Source of the DNA: Octopus vulgaris
Taxonomy: Eukaryota
Direction: 5' to 3'
Assembly (NCBI GenBank): GCA_951406725.2
Contig: OX597822.1
Coordinates: 73,408,001-73,472,000 of the forward strand
Length of the DNA stretch: 64,000 nucleotides
Shown: piece after piece, positions 12,630 to 28,054 of the stretch
How the letters are laid out: every line of letters starts with the position of its first letter
Numbering within the stretch: position 1 is the first letter of the stretch
The notes under the pieces: generated by a model
Database searches by the model: none
The model's input: only the letters and a program-made list of their open reading frames with translations
Told to the model about the DNA's origin: nothing
Program-made: the position numbers and the translations under genes

Positions 12630-13223
12630 CATATACATATTTATATATTTCTTATACATAATTACTCTTGTATATAAAATTATATACGTGCATATATATA
12701 TTTATATATGTGTGTGTTTTTGTGTGTGCATCTGTGTGTGTGTGTACGTGTTGGAAGCAGGATTATGTGCGCTAAACACATGCTTACATAGATACGTATA
12801 CTTACATACATACTCTTTTTTCGTATGTTTTCTTTTTCCATTTTAATTTATAACGTCGAATGACTCCATCTTTATTTCTCAAATTCTAAAGCCTCTTCTT
12901 GCCTGTAACTTTTGGTTAGCAATCTATTTCACTAGACCAACGCATGGGGCTGTATTTTAATTTATTCAGCTTAAATTCACTCGCTATTAATATTCATACT
13001 GATTTTCGTTAACGGTGAATCGTTTCATACAACAGAATTCAGCATTTTTTTAAATGTCGCCACCTTACATGAAATATTTTTAAGGATTTATTTTACTATT
13101 TACCAACTCATACTCACTGCACTGTTTAAAACGTTTCATTCTATTATTTCAAAAGTTTACCTCTATCTACTGATGGGTTATGTGGAGCACAGAGTGAGAC
13201 TTTTTGCAGCTTCAATAAAACAC

Positions 13224-13329
<106 letters not shown>

Positions 13330-13445
13330 TGCATGTATGCATATATGTATATAAAACACATGTATCTATATATGAATATATATATATGAATATATATATA
13401 TATATATGAATATATATATATACATATATATATATGTGAATAGAA

Positions 13446-13500
<55 letters not shown>

Positions 13501-13686
13501 TATATATAAAATATACATACATATGTATATGTAATTTTATATATAAATATATTTAGGTAAATATTCACATACGTATTTAGACACATATATAGACATGTAT
13601 ATATGTAATTATGTATTTACATATTTACGTATATAAGTATATATATATACTTAGATAAATATATATATACAAATGTATTATATATA

Positions 13687-13746
<60 letters not shown>

Positions 13747-14199
13747 TGTCTGTCTGTGTGTGTCTGTGTGTCTGTGTATTATATTGTATATTATTTCATA
13801 TTATATTATATATGAATGCTTTTTGTAAACGCATACAAACAGGAAGGAATTTTTAAAAAATGCAAATTACTGAGCACAGGAATTACTGTACTGGTCTAGA
13901 GAACTTTACCTTCTTCTGCTTCACCTAACTTCCTTGTATTCAGACACTAAGATGCGAACTTGACCGTTAATGTAATTCTAAAAACAATTACTGATATAAC
14001 TGTTAAATTATTTGGTTACTCCGCTCCTTGTTACTATTATAATAACCCGTGTAACATATCTATTATCAAAAAGTTAAAAATATTAATTTTTTCTAATCTT
14101 TGCTGAACCATAATTCCGAATTGGGTCTTCATCGGTGTATATACTCATCCTATGACACTAAAACATTTTGAACACCCATTTTTTAAATAGTAATAACCT

Positions 14200-14690
14200 C
14201 TGAGAGTAACGTCCCCTTTCAAAGGCTCTTTACAGTTTTTCTCCAGAGATCACAACTCTTCACTGGAAATTGTACGTCTTTCACCTTCTTTATTTATTAT
14301 ATTCCATTTCACGATGTTTTTCATCCATATTTTATCGACAACCAATTTTCATTTATATCTATTTTTGTTTTCTGTATAAACCCACGCGAAGCATTTCCTA
14401 CTTTCTACATATTAATCAAAGACGTTACTCTCGTCTTCTTTAAAATTTGTTCTGCTTGCCATCATATAAATATTTCATCCATATACCTACAAATTTTTCC
14501 CCAGTCAGCTTAACCATTTCTTTCCTTCTCTCGCTCCTTTATTTCGCCATATAGGAACAATTTTTTCGGAGATAGTTTCATTTATTACAATTTGAAAATC
14601 TGTTCCTTTTCTCGCTCTTTCATTTCGCCATATAGGAACAATTTTTTCGGAGATAGTTTCATTAATTACAATTTGATAATTTGAAAATCG
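14200..14690 (-). pseudogene. Degenerate Penelope-like RT fragment
   Basis: In-frame LSPKKLFLYGE...*...ICRYMDEIFI resembles RT motifs SP..A.LFLY.YE and RYxDD; contains a local ~80-bp direct duplication. Confidence 0.5.
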
Positions 14691-15019
14691 AAATATTAAA
14701 CATTTGTAATACTAATTGTTTTTAGCGCATTCATCTTAAGTAGTAAGATATGTTATTATATGATATAGTAACAGTATGGTTAAACAAAGCGTCGTATAAT
14801 ACGTTACTCAGTCTCTGTACCTCTATAAAATGTAAGCAGTTATCCGTTTGTAAGTGTGTGTGTGTGTGTGTGTGTGTGTAATTCGTTTCCATTCGGAGAG
14901 CTTGTTGTCGTCGCTATTTTACATTCCTTGTTACAAATATACAGTGGCGGATATTTGTAAACATATTTCAGTAAGCAATCAGCGGAAGGTGAGTTAGCTT
15001 TAGGTTACGCAGCATGCGA

Positions 15020-15720
15020 TGCGCCAATTTTTAACCGCTTCATTTCTTCGACAGAAGTATCAACAGCATCGACGTGTCAGATTCCCTTATGACACGGAAA
15101 CTCAAGACGTTCTGTGTTCGTGGCATCAGCCGCCAACCACAATGATTCGGATATCGACAACTACTTAAATATAGCTGGATCCCTATGTTTAGGGTCGATA
15201 ATAATGGCGAGGACGTATCATCGGCAACCATGATAGAAAAATATTTTCAAAAATTAGATGTGGTCAGGACGGCAAAACTCATCTAACTGGTCTAGAATAT
15301 GGTCAATGACAATCTTTATGAGCCCGAGATGACCATCATTAAGCAGTCCGGCACAACAGACTCCATGCAACATGTGTTGCATGAGGACACCAGATACAAG
15401 TCTTGTGTAGTAATAAAAATACGGAAGACGATGTCCAGCAACGACCGGAAGAACCCCGTCATCATATGACACGAAACATCATGTGACCTCACAGATCCCT
15501 TGATTTCAACCCACTGGGATGCTTCAGCTGAAGCGTCGTCGGACACGTTGGCAGTCTCTCTGTACAAAGGGATCGTTATGGTTTGATGTAATGAGCGGCA
15601 TGGATAGGGGTCAAAACTGAACTTGTAATCCAGTCCCTTTTGTGGACTCATCATCTTTTGAGGCAACGTCAGTTTGGTTGTGCGCCATGTTTGTTCAGGT
15701 ACCCACTCGTTATTTTTCTG
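15020..15720 (-). pseudogene. Probable decayed Gypsy integrase C-terminal region
   Basis: Minus-strand pieces (SLLDIV..TQDL..SS..VVP; ADA..L..P..GI; RLK) follow Gypsy integrase/GPY motif order; many stops. Confidence 0.35.
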
Positions 15721-15799
15721 GGAGTATTCTTGTTTTGTGTTTTTGCTTTTCTCCTGTCTGATGTCTATCTTCATGTTTTGTTCTCGGTTGCCTGATGCA

Positions 15800-15895
<96 letters not shown>

Positions 15896-16205
15896 GCATT
15901 ATATATACATATATATGTGTGTGTGTGTGTGCAATTTAATATATATAGTATTTCAATAAAGGCTACAAGTAGTTTCATGCCATGGAAACACAATAATTTG
16001 GTAGATTTATAGAACATACTTTGTGTCTCCAAGTAATCTTTCAGGCTCAGTGAATACGGTGAGTTCGATTAGAAACTTTGAACTTTCCATATACTACAAT
16101 TATGCATGCATACACATACTGCTCCCACCCCACATACACACACAGAAAAAGAGGGAAATAAATATATACACGCAGCTTGCGTTTGTATGTGTATATGTTA
16201 GTGGG

Positions 16206-16284
<79 letters not shown>

Positions 16285-16292
16285 TATAGATG

Positions 16293-16332
<40 letters not shown>

Positions 16333-16358
16333 TACATATACATATATAGATATACATA

Positions 16359-16394
<36 letters not shown>

Positions 16395-16396
16395 TG

Positions 16397-16442
<46 letters not shown>

Positions 16443-16617
16443 ACAGAACAACATAGCAGCATAATACAGAAGAAACAACGTTTGGGAATCGTTTGAACGA
16501 AAAGTTTCTGAAAAAGTATAAAATTATAAAAAGAAAGAACTGCTGATTGTTTTGACAAATTTTCAAAATATTACAATATTGGTTTCAGCAAAGTACTTCA
16601 AATAAAAATTCAACCCC

Positions 16618-16725
16618 GCGCATGCGTGTGTGAGTCCGCGAGTGTATGAATCCACGCGTGTGTAAGTCCGCGTGTGTGTAAGTCCGCGCGTGTGTAAGTC
16701 TGCGCGTGTGCGAGTCCGCGCGCGT
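16618..16725. repeat. ~16-bp minisatellite (GTGTGTAAGTCCGCGC)n
   Basis: About 6 degenerate tandem copies. Confidence 0.8.
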
Positions 16726-16920
16726 ATGCCTTTCTGTATGAGTGTGCCTATCTATGTATATCTATACATATGTATCTATATTCAAATGTATACATATATA
16801 CACATATGTATAAATATATATATCTACCTATGCATATATATATATATATACATGTATATATTTAAATATATATATATATATATATGCATATGCATATACA
16901 TATACATATATATATATATA

Positions 16921-17142
16921 TACTTTATCTAAAGCAGCAGAAAATTCAACAAAACCTGTTACTCTGAGTTTCCTGATGCCATTCGTCGGTCAGTTTTTGA
17001 AACTGTCCGACGAACGGCAACGGGAAACTCAGAGTAACAGGTTTTGTTGAATTTTCTGCTGCTTTAAATAAAGCATATTACTCTACCACTGGTATTTGAG
17101 TACTCTTTTTTCCACCTTGTTTCACATTTATGTGTTTACTCC

Positions 17143-17144
<2 letters not shown>
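16921..17144. mobile_element. Fold-back HHR element in (TA)n (HHRs at 16956-16993 minus and 17003-17040 plus)
   Basis: Plus strand: CUGU-CCGACGA-ACGGCAACGG-GAAAC-UCAGA-GUA-ACAG; ~75-bp inverted arms; same family as 23251-23461. Confidence 0.8.
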
Positions 17145-17203
<59 letters not shown>

Positions 17204-17929
17204 GTAGGGGTGGCTGATTCGATGGTACACTTAGTCGCTTTAACAAATGGATGTGGGTTCGACTCCCACGCGGATATGAAAGCCTTCTTTTTTTTTCTGC
17301 CGAGGGCTTATATGCCCCTATATTTGACTATTTTCCTTAGTCATTGGATTGTGATCGCCATATGCTTTTAGTTTATATAAAAATACCGTTATTATTATTT
17401 ACAGGATTGTAAACTCGGTGCCAAAAAAAAACATTAGCAACGAGTGCATGTATATATTCACATAAAACACTGCAGAAAAACATCCGTTTAGTTGTAAGTC
17501 TTTCAAAATTAATATCGTCTGAAATTTAGCAGAGATAATGAAAAATTAATTGAAAAGTATTGGTTAAGTAATTTTAATGACGAAATATCGATTATGCACT
17601 TTGCATCTAATTCTCCTTGGAAAGAACCATTCGAATATACATTTGCAAGAGTCCAGCAAAATTCAGCCATTATGAATTCCTGCGAGAGCTGATTTTTAGA
17701 TTATATTGGATAAATATGGGTTTTGAAAACTTTTTATGAGTGTTCGATTCACTTGTAAGCTTAAGAAAAGTTATAAGAATATAGTATTTGATTTTGGTTT
17801 ACAGGATCAATATCTTATATAGTTATAATATGATTATAAATAATTGTTTATTGATGCGATATGACATCACGGTACAGCAATAAACTTTGAAAATTCTTTT
17901 TGGGATATTCTGAAGAGGTACCAACTCAT

Positions 17930-18115
17930 ATAATCCTTTCTACTATAGATTCAATGCCTGAAATTTTGTGGGAGAGACCAGTCGATTAGATCGACCCAGT
18001 ACGCAACTGATACTTATTTTATCAACTCTGAAAGGTTGATGGAAGGCAAAGTCGACTTCGGCGGCTGCTAAGCATTTTGCCCTTCCTGCTAATGATTCCG
18101 CCAACTCGCTGCCTT
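17930..18115 (-). mobile_element. SINE family A, decayed
   Basis: Reverse complement of the family A core. Confidence 0.7.
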
Positions 18116-18729
18116 ATTGCCTGCTCATATAACCACGTATAATTCCATTATATTTTACAAGATGGCACACACTTATTGTTATGCAAAATTCGTGAAAGAA
18201 TGACTTCAGATAATAACATTGTTCTAAATGGTAAATGACCAGAATCAGGAACCTACAGAATTAGAGTCAATACGTTGAAGTCAGGAATTCACTTGAGCCC
18301 ACAGAAAAAGAAAACGAAAATCATAACTCTCTGTTAATTAAAGAATTAAAAGAGATATTGTAGGATTAGACCCAGAAGATAATCTCAGCTAACTGCAAAA
18401 TTTGGTCGAAAACATGCCTGACCTCTCTGATTTTCTATTGAAGTAAAGTGCAACCTTTATAAGTATTGAACAGTATAACATTGATATCAACGTTTTGTAA
18501 ATTGTTTATTGAGTTTATTTATTATAAAATACAATCCTTGCTTTCTTTTTCCATCTGCACCATCAATATAAAATCATATTTTTATCAGTGCATACAAACT
18601 TTTGATTACACGTACATACTGTTACGAAAGAGAAATGACGTTGTAAATCATGTGACTAATTTGAAGCATGCTGCACGGTTTTTCTTTGTTTTGGGCGAGA
18701 TGGACAATCTGAACTGGTAAACGAACGCA

Positions 18730-18965
18730 AGGCGGCGAGCTGGCAAAATCGTTAGCACGCCAGGCGAAATGCTTTGAGGTATTTTGTCTGCCGCTACGTT
18801 CTGAGTTCAAATTCTGCTGAGGTCGACTTTGCCTTTCATCCTTTCGGGGTCGATTAAATAAGTACTAGTTACGCACTGGGGTCGATGTAATCGACTTAAT
18901 CCGTTTTTCTGTCCTTGTTTGTCCTCTCTGTGTTTAGCCCCTTGTAGGTAGTAAAGAAATAGGTA
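18730..18965 (+). mobile_element. SINE family A, full length
   Basis: GGCGGCGAGCTGGCA head, B box, core and tail. Confidence 0.9.
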
Positions 18966-18982
18966 AAGGAACGTTTAGTTCC

Positions 18983-19170
18983 AGTTGGTGACGTAAACGA
19001 ACGCGGAGTGTGAAGTTGGTGACGTAAAGAACGCGATGTGTGAATGTGGCAGCGTAAACAAACAGAGAAAAGGCGGCAGTCAATGTGAAGTTGGCTACGA
19101 AAAGAGAGAGTGTGAATTTGGCAATGAAAACATTCGGTGGTGTAAAGATGCGATGTGACAAGTCGAAGTG
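18983..19170. repeat. Degenerate ~30-bp tandem repeat (GTGTGAAGTTGGTGACGTAAA..)
   Basis: About 5-6 diverging copies. Confidence 0.6.
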
Positions 19171-19345
19171 AACCCTAGCGACAAAGAACCACACTACCCA
19201 AGACAAATAGCTGGGTACGACTACTTCTCTAAGCAAATTGGCTTGTTGGGCTGGCCTGCGGTTTCCCAGCTGTTGAGTTGACTGTTGGAGCCGTATTGGT
19301 GTCAGGAGGCCCTAGTTTACAATAATACATGTACATGTATGTATG

Positions 19346-19458
<113 letters not shown>

Positions 19459-19572
19459 CTGGATATCCTTGTTGCTTATTTTAATTTTAATCACCATATT
19501 TTCAAATTGTGTGGATAATACCGTACTAAATTCTGGTGCCTCAACTTAAGCGCTATATTCATCTGGATCTAT

Positions 19573-19965
19573 GGAGTGGCTGTGTGGTAAGTAGCTTGCT
19601 TACCAACCACATGGTTCTGGGTTCAGTCCCACTGTTTAGCACCTTGGGCAAGTGTCTTCTACTACAGCCGACCAAAGCCATGTGAATGGATTCGGTAAGC
19701 GGAAACTGAAAGATGACCGTCGTATATATGTATATCTATAAATGTGTGCGTGTGTGTTTGTGTGTCTGCATTTGTCCCCCCAACATCGCTTGACAACCGA
19801 TGCTGGTGTGTTTACGTCCCCGTACCTTAGCGGTTCGGCAAAAGAGACCGATAGAATAAGTACTAGGCTTACAAAGAATAAGTCCTGGGGTCGATTTACT
19901 CGATTAAAGGTGCTCCAGCATGGCCACAGTCAAATGACTGAAACATGTAAAAAAGTAAAAAGTAA
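19573..19965 (+). mobile_element. SINE family B
   Basis: tRNA head TGGCTGTGTGG..GGTTCAGTCCC, CORE-like ACCTTGGGCAAGT, internal microsatellite, conserved tail. Confidence 0.9.
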
Positions 19966-20645
19966 TGTGTGTGTGTGTGCGTGTGTGTGTATGTGTGTGT
20001 AGATATATACATACACGCATACATATATACATACATACATACATACATACATACATACATACATACATACATACATACATACATACATACATACATACAT
20101 ACACAATTTCTGAGGCTTAAAATTTGGAAAAAAATTGCTTTGTAAGGGATTATAATACTATCCATGTATAAGAAACTTCAATATTTTTTTAACCTAATTT
20201 TTGACAGAAAAGGGTTCCTTATACACGTTAAAATAGGTATATATATTCAAAAGTTTGTATGCACTAATATAGGCTCAAGTGATTTCATTATTTCAACCTA
20301 TAAAATATGCATAGTTCCATGGTTCTGATCATTTACCCTCATAAAACAATATCATTAACTTAATCCAGTCTTTCACTAATATTGCAGAGTGGTAGTCTGT
20401 GCCATCTTGTCAAATATAATAGAATTGCAGATGATTATATGAGCAGCATCTTCTTTTGAATATTCAAAAAGGTTTTATAGTTTATGGCTGTACCGTGATG
20501 TCTTATTGTAATATCACTTTTTGCAGAAATCTCCCACCTGAAATATCATAATGGTTGAACGTTGCTTGACTATGCAATCATATAATACCATCAAATTATG
20601 TAATCTGCTCTTTGAGTTTCATAGGCGATGAATGAAAGGAGAATT

Positions 20646-20799
20646 ACCGTATTCTAACATGTATAAGGAACACTTTTTTGTCAAAAAGTAGGTTTAAAAA
20701 ATATGGAAGTATTATAATCCCTTACGAAACCTTTCTTTTTTTCCCCCAGATTTTAAGTCCCTAAAATTAGAGAGTTCTTTATACACGTTAAAAGTACGG
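20646..20799. mobile_element. Tc2/pogo-like MITE
   Basis: TIRs CCGTATTCTAACATGTATAAG / TTTATACACGTTAAAAGTACGG; related partial copies at ~20105-20238 and ~21703-21822. Confidence 0.7.
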
Positions 20800-21266
20800 T
20801 TGATCTGAAGTGTATAATCCATATTTTGTCATTAAAATTACTTACAATCAGTCCTTTTCAATCCACCATTTTTTATTATCTCTGCAAAATGTTAGACAAT
20901 CTTAGATGTCTTTCATTTTTATCGTGGTTTTCGGGAGTTGCTGAAAGCTTTGCTACAAAACTGATATCTTTCTGCAATGTTTTACGTTAGTAAATGCCGG
21001 GTTTCATTGCTGCTGGCAACTGTACTTGTATAGTATTACTAGATAGTTAGCAGTCCGACGCAAGAATAATGAATCATTTGATCACTTCGAGAAAATGATT
21101 ACATGATATCTGCTCATTGTTTTGTATCCATCAATCGAGTAAAATAGAGACAAAGTTTTCGGGACAGCATCTACATTTATCTATGACTGAGTTGACATCT
21201 TTCTGATATTATGTACCCAACAAACACAGACTTTTCGAGATGACTATGCTATAAATTTATGAAATG

Positions 21267-21631
21267 CTAGCAGTATCGCCCGGCGTTACTCGGGTTTGTT
21301 TCGACCCTATAGAATTGAAATTTTTGAAAAGTAAAAGTTTCGCATTATGTAGCTTGTTATTCTCTTTAAGTGAACATTTTTCTGGTTGAAATACACCGAA
21401 AAAATGGCGATACAGCAGTCAAAAAATCGTAAAAAAAAAAGCACCTTTTTGATGTAAATAATTTTTGGTCTTAACATGGTCCGATTTGAATTTTATCTTC
21501 TACGGAATGAAGAGCAAGCCGTCTTCTCTCAATTTTGATCAACTTGCACTGCAGGGTCTCAGAGGAGATAGTGTTAGTTGAAGGCTACCAAACCTGCCAT
21601 ACACAGACAACTTCAGCTTTATATATAAAGA
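21267..21631 (-). mobile_element. Non-autonomous Helitron
   Basis: Minus strand starts A|TC and ends CTAG, with subterminal hairpin CCCGAG-TAACG-CCGGG about 12 nt from the 3' end. Confidence 0.75.
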
Positions 21632-21943
21632 TTAATTGATATGCCTTAGAGAATCGAAAATGGCATATAGCAGATGATATTATGTAATGCATATATTTAT
21701 ATACCGTTTTTTAACGTGTATAAAGAACTCTCGTGTATAAGGAACCCCCTAATTTGGGGGCTTAAAATTTGGAGAAAAGGGTTTGTAAGGGATTACAATA
21801 TTATCTATGTATAAGAAACTTTTTTGGTGTCAATCATCTGGTCATAATTAGATTTCATTTTTGTATCAGGGTATGCTTAGAAAAATACTAAAATACCAAA
21901 TTTCCTAGCAATGTATTTGTATATATAAATCTATGTATGTGAA

Positions 21944-21999
<56 letters not shown>

Positions 22000-22014
22000 T
22001 ATGTGTATATGTGT

Positions 22015-22060
<46 letters not shown>

Positions 22061-22064
<4 letters not shown>

Positions 22065-22309
22065 TAGAGATAAAACCACTATTATGCAACTCAAACAGTG
22101 ATAGACATTTTTGAGATCTAGTTATATGTTTTATAAAAATATTTTTTATTTGTCATTTATGTTTTGGTTTATGTCTAACACTGTTTGAGTTGAATAATAG
22201 TGGTTTTATCACTAATTTATATTTTATATATTTATATTGTGAAATTTGATTTAATACTAAATTGAATTTTTCCCTGTAAGTTTGGAGTTATACTCCCTAA
22301 TATTATATT

Positions 22310-22315
<6 letters not shown>
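22061..22315. mobile_element. Fold-back short element in (TA)n
   Basis: 48-bp inverted arms 22061-22108 / 22171-22218 with a one-sided extension; no HHR core visible. Confidence 0.65.
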
Positions 22316-22357
<42 letters not shown>

Positions 22358-22574
22358 CATAGTAAGAATGTTAGCAAGTTTCGATAGAGCGTGAAATAAT
22401 TTTTTCATGGAACAGTAAATTCCGAAACACATAAATAGCATGGAAATACTGGTCAACCATTTTTTCATACACTATGTAATACTGCTACCTACAGCTGCAT
22501 ATATGTCTTTCGAGATATGTTATTCCCAAAATAAAAGAAAACACATACACACACGCACATATATTCATAGATGA

Positions 22575-22614
<40 letters not shown>

Positions 22615-22801
22615 ATGTGTGTGTGTGTGTGTGTATGTGTGTGTGTATATTTATATATATATATATATATATATACATATATTATGTATACATATACTCA
22701 TACATTCATAGATACATACAAATACATGCACACAGATGTAGACACATGATTTATGTACATACACACATTATATATATGTGTATATATATTGTATATATAT
22801 G

Positions 22802-22877
<76 letters not shown>

Positions 22878-22879
<2 letters not shown>

Positions 22880-23097
22880 CTTTGATACTTTGATACTTTG
22901 ATAGGTTTCGGCCATTATTGGCCCAGGCCATGTCTAACTTAATAGCACCACCTGGTGAAGTCTTTCAAGTCAGAATTTGGGCACTATGGCCCACTCAAGT
23001 AGAGAGTTATTGTTTACAGAGACATATCCGGGTGTAGGGGGTTTATCCGGGATTTCTTGAAGGAATCTGTCCAAAGACTTCTTGAACCCTATAGGGT
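22878..23097 (-). mobile_element. CR1/L2-group LINE 3' end
   Basis: Minus strand FKKSLDRFLQEIPDKPPTPGY..NNSLL, then a 3' stem-loop and a (TATCAAAG)n tail. Confidence 0.75.
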
Positions 23098-23250
23098 ATG
23101 TATGTATGTATATGTATGCATTTATAAATATTTACTTTCAGAGCCAAAGTATATATATTACATATAAAACCTATATTATACCTCTACATACATACATACA
23201 TACATACATACATACATACATAAATATTTATATATATATATATATATATG

Positions 23251-23461
23251 CCGGAGTAAACACATAAATGTGAAACAATGTGGAAAAAAGAGTACTCAAA
23301 TACCAGTGGTAGAGTAATATGCTTTATTTTAAGCAGCAGAAAATTCAACAAAATCTGTTACTCTGAGTTTCTCGTTGCCGTTCATCAGACATGTCTGATG
23401 AACGGCAACGAGAAACTCAGAGTAACATATTTTGTTGAATTTTCTGCTGCTTAAAATAAAG
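23251..23461. mobile_element. Fold-back HHR element in (TA)n (HHRs at 23356-23392 minus and 23391-23428 plus)
   Basis: Near-perfect ~140-bp palindrome centred on GACATGTC. Plus strand: AUGU-CUGAUGA-ACGGCAACGA-GAAAC-UCAGA-GUA-ACAU. Confidence 0.85.
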
Positions 23462-23538
<77 letters not shown>

Positions 23539-23637
23539 ACACTTAAACTCATACATTCATACAAACTCCATATGGATGTGTATACGTATGTATGTATGTA
23601 TGTATGTATGTATGTATATATACATATATATATATAT

Positions 23638-23704
<67 letters not shown>

Positions 23705-23730
23705 TGTATGTATTTTCATATATGTATATA

Positions 23731-23792
<62 letters not shown>

Positions 23793-23974
23793 TACATATT
23801 ATATATGTACATATATACATATTATATACATACATACATATTTACATTGATATTTTCACATTCAATTTAGCTTTATCACATATATTACCTGTATACTTAA
23901 GCAAAATATATATATATATCTATAGATATATGTACAGATGCGTATATGTGCATGTTTGTTATATGTGTGTATGA

Positions 23975-23985
23975 AGACCGTCGTA

Positions 23986-24028
<43 letters not shown>

Positions 24029-24236
24029 TTATTTGTTTGTATGTTTGTATTTGTGCCCCAACATCGCTTGACAACCGATGCTGGTGTGTTTACGTCCCTG
24101 TAACTTAGCGGTTCGGCAAAAGAGACCGATAGAATAAGTACTGGGCTTACAAAGAATAAGTCCTAGGGTCGATTTGCTCGACTAAAGGCGGTGTTCCAGC
24201 ATGGCCGCAGCCAAATGACTGAAACAAGTAAAGAGA
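23975..24236 (+). mobile_element. SINE family B 3' half
   Basis: Conserved tail. Confidence 0.85.
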
Positions 24237-25421
24237 GAATATGCATACGTACATATGTAAATATAGCATCAGACATATTTGCGGTTTCTTGTCTTCATTA
24301 TTGTTGGAAGGAAATAACCACAAAATCGTGGAATTTTCCCGTAACCTGAGGGACAGACACATAATGCTGTATACTCATACATGATAACTCTAACACACAC
24401 ACACACACACATCCAAATACTTGCCCCATACATACATAATGTCCCCTTACGTATGCACTCACACATAGCTACACACGCACAAAACAGTTATTGGCACAAA
24501 CGAATACGCAGGGCCACAACCACAGGCATACATATGCACACGCCCACAGAAACACACACATACACACGCACAGATATGCAGAGAATTAAATGCAGACGCT
24601 GATACAGCACAGACGTTCACACTGACATACTCACACACTGACATACTTACACACTGACAGACACACACACGCATGCACACATACATAACTGCATACATAT
24701 TTACAAAAATGTATATAGACTAAAGAATGCGCGACGTTTCGTCTAAGAAAACGTTCTATGTCATCAAATAACAACACAGCTAATCCGTGATCAAAATTGG
24801 TCTTTGATCCTCCAAGAATTCATTAATTCTTCAAGTAAGAACATAGTTATATTTTCGAAATGTTGTTAAGTTGCACAACTTATTTTGTACTTTAAAAATT
24901 CGTCGAATTATCGTAAAAAAATACGTAGCTTATGGAAGTTGTTGCAGATGTTGCTTTTGTTGTTGTTGTTGTTTCTTTTTTGTTCTTCTTCTTCTTGTGG
25001 TCGTTGTTTGTTTGTTGGTTTGGTGTTTTGTCCCAGTTTGGCCCTCATTGAAGAAACATAGGCTCAGAGGCTTTCGTTATGTCAAACATTGACCTGACTA
25101 TAGCGTTCATCTTGTGTGTCTGTTTATTTTTCGAAAACAGTGTATCTAGGACAACATTATGCAAGGGGGTGTGAACAAAATGTTGTTGCTATTTCTAGCA
25201 AATGAAACGACCACATACTTACTCCTTGGCTCTGTTCGTATTTTCAAAAGGTATAATTAAGCAACAAATTACTTGCACGTGCTTTCCTAGAGTTATATAT
25301 TTTTCATAGTTATCTGTGATTCACCAAGTCTCGTGTGAAGCTCACATGTTTACTACAATGCACCATTGCTAAACATACAGATATGTATGCATACATATAT
25401 CTGTGTGTGTGTGTGTTTCTT

Positions 25422-25509
<88 letters not shown>

Positions 25510-25789
25510 TGTGTGTGTGTGTATGAGACATACAAACAGACAGATACACAGAAAAACAGTCAGACAAACAGACAAATAAACACATACAGGCATGCAGATA
25601 GTATCCGCAGAGCCATAGGCGAAACAAAATTTATTTTGTCGAACAAACGATTATCGATTACAAGCTTTATTCATTCTTAGAATTGTCTTTGAGTAATTTA
25701 CTCAAAGTCGTTGGACATAGCTTCTTTTGAACTTGTCACAACCTGGATATATATATATATATATATATATGTCGCAACTTAGATATATA

Positions 25790-26184
25790 TACTCTTTTAC
25801 TCTTTTATTTGTTACAGTCACTTGACTGAGGCCATGCTGGAGCACCGCCTTTAGTCGACCAAATCGACCCCAGGACCTATTCTTTGTAAGCCTAGTACTT
25901 ATTCTATCGGTCTCTTTTAGCCGAACCGCCAAGTTACGGGGACGTATACACACCAGCATCGGTTGTCAAGCGATGTTGGAGGGACAATCACACACACACA
26001 CAAATACACACATATATATGCATATGTATGACGGGCTTCTTTTCAGTTTCCGTCTATCAAATCCACTCACAAGGCTTTGATCGGCCCGAAGCTATTGTAG
26101 AAGACACTTGCCTTAGGTACCACGTTGTAGGACTGAATCCGGAACCATGTGGTTGGTAAGCAAGCTATTTACCACACAGCTACT

Positions 26185-26187
<3 letters not shown>
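25790..26187 (-). mobile_element. SINE family B
   Basis: Full-length reverse copy. Confidence 0.9.
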
Positions 26188-26244
<57 letters not shown>

Positions 26245-26246
<2 letters not shown>

Positions 26247-26539
26247 GGCTCATGGCTTAGTGGTTACGGTGATGCACTCACGATTGCGAGATCGTGGGTT
26301 CGATTCCCAGATCGGGCGTGGCGTTGTGTTCTTGAGCAAAACACTTCATTTCACATTGCGCTACAATCCTTTTGACATCTGACATGTGGCACCCGTTGCA
26401 CCTGTACAGGTAATGTCGATCTGATGAAAGGAGTGAGCTTATGTCTACACAAACATTAGATCTCTATAAGCAAATCATCTGTGTTGTTGTTCGGTAAGAA
26501 ATTGTCGATTCTTCATACGCTGTCTTACGACAGGCGAGA

Positions 26540-26540
<1 letters not shown>
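26245..26540 (+). mobile_element. SINE family C variant
   Basis: TGGCTTAGTGG A box and GGTTCGATTCCC B box. Confidence 0.75.
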
Positions 26541-26593
<53 letters not shown>

Positions 26594-26724
26594 AAATAAT
26601 AAATATAATGTCCTTGGTACCGTTATTATATATTTCGTAAAAATTAACAAAAAAAGCTTGTCTGATAATTTTTCCACTTTAGTAATTAGATGTTTACAGA
26701 AAGGTACACATTGGTTAACAGAAT

Positions 26725-26904
26725 AGGCGCATGTATGGCTGTGTGGTACGTAGCTTGCTTACCAACCACATGGCTCCGGATTCAGTCTCACTGCGTGACA
26801 CCTTGAGCAGGTATATTCTGCAGTAGCCTCGGGCCGAGAAACTCTTGTGTGTGGATTTGGCAGACGGAAACTGAAATAAGCCTGCTGTATATATATATAT
26901 AAAC

Positions 26905-26985
<81 letters not shown>

Positions 26986-27230
26986 GGTATGTGTGTGTAA
27001 GTGTGTGTGTGTTTGTGTGTCGTTATCTGTCCCCCCACCATCGCTTGACAACCGATGCTGGTGTGTTTACGTCCCTCCGTAGCGTGTCGGCTCAGCAAAA
27101 GAGAGCGATAGAATAAGTACTAGGCTTACAAAGAATAAGTCCTGGAGTCGATTGGTTCGACTAAAACCAGTGCTCCAGCATGGCCGCAATCAAATGACTG
27201 AGACAAGTAAGAGAATAAAAGAATAAAAGT
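26725..27230 (+). mobile_element. SINE family B
   Basis: Full-length copy with internal (TA)n. Confidence 0.9.
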
Positions 27231-27419
27231 TTGTTATTTTCAGAAATTGTTGAAATCAGTTGCTTCGTTCTAGTTTAGTTGTAGGGCGCACGTGATCGTT
27301 CTAGTTTGTAGCTAAACTAGAACGCAGTAATTGAATTCATCAATTTCATAAAAATATAAACTTTTTTTGTTAACCAATGTGTACTTTTCTGTAAACACAC
27401 ACACACACATATATATATA

Positions 27420-27459
<40 letters not shown>

Positions 27460-27539
27460 CATACATACATACATACATACATACATACATACACACATAC
27501 ATACATACATACATACATACATACATACATACATACATA

Positions 27540-27943
<404 letters not shown>

Positions 27944-27977
27944 ATTTTACAATACTTACATTACGAAAGGTTAGTAA

Positions 27978-28054
<77 letters not shown>

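Noticed and set aside
24728-24772. Minus-strand TTGATGA..GAAACGTC
   Set aside because: 3-8 mismatch, no stem I and weak stem II; at best a fossil.
26420-26460. CTGATGA in a SINE body (also at 57291)
   Set aside because: No downstream GAAA or helices.
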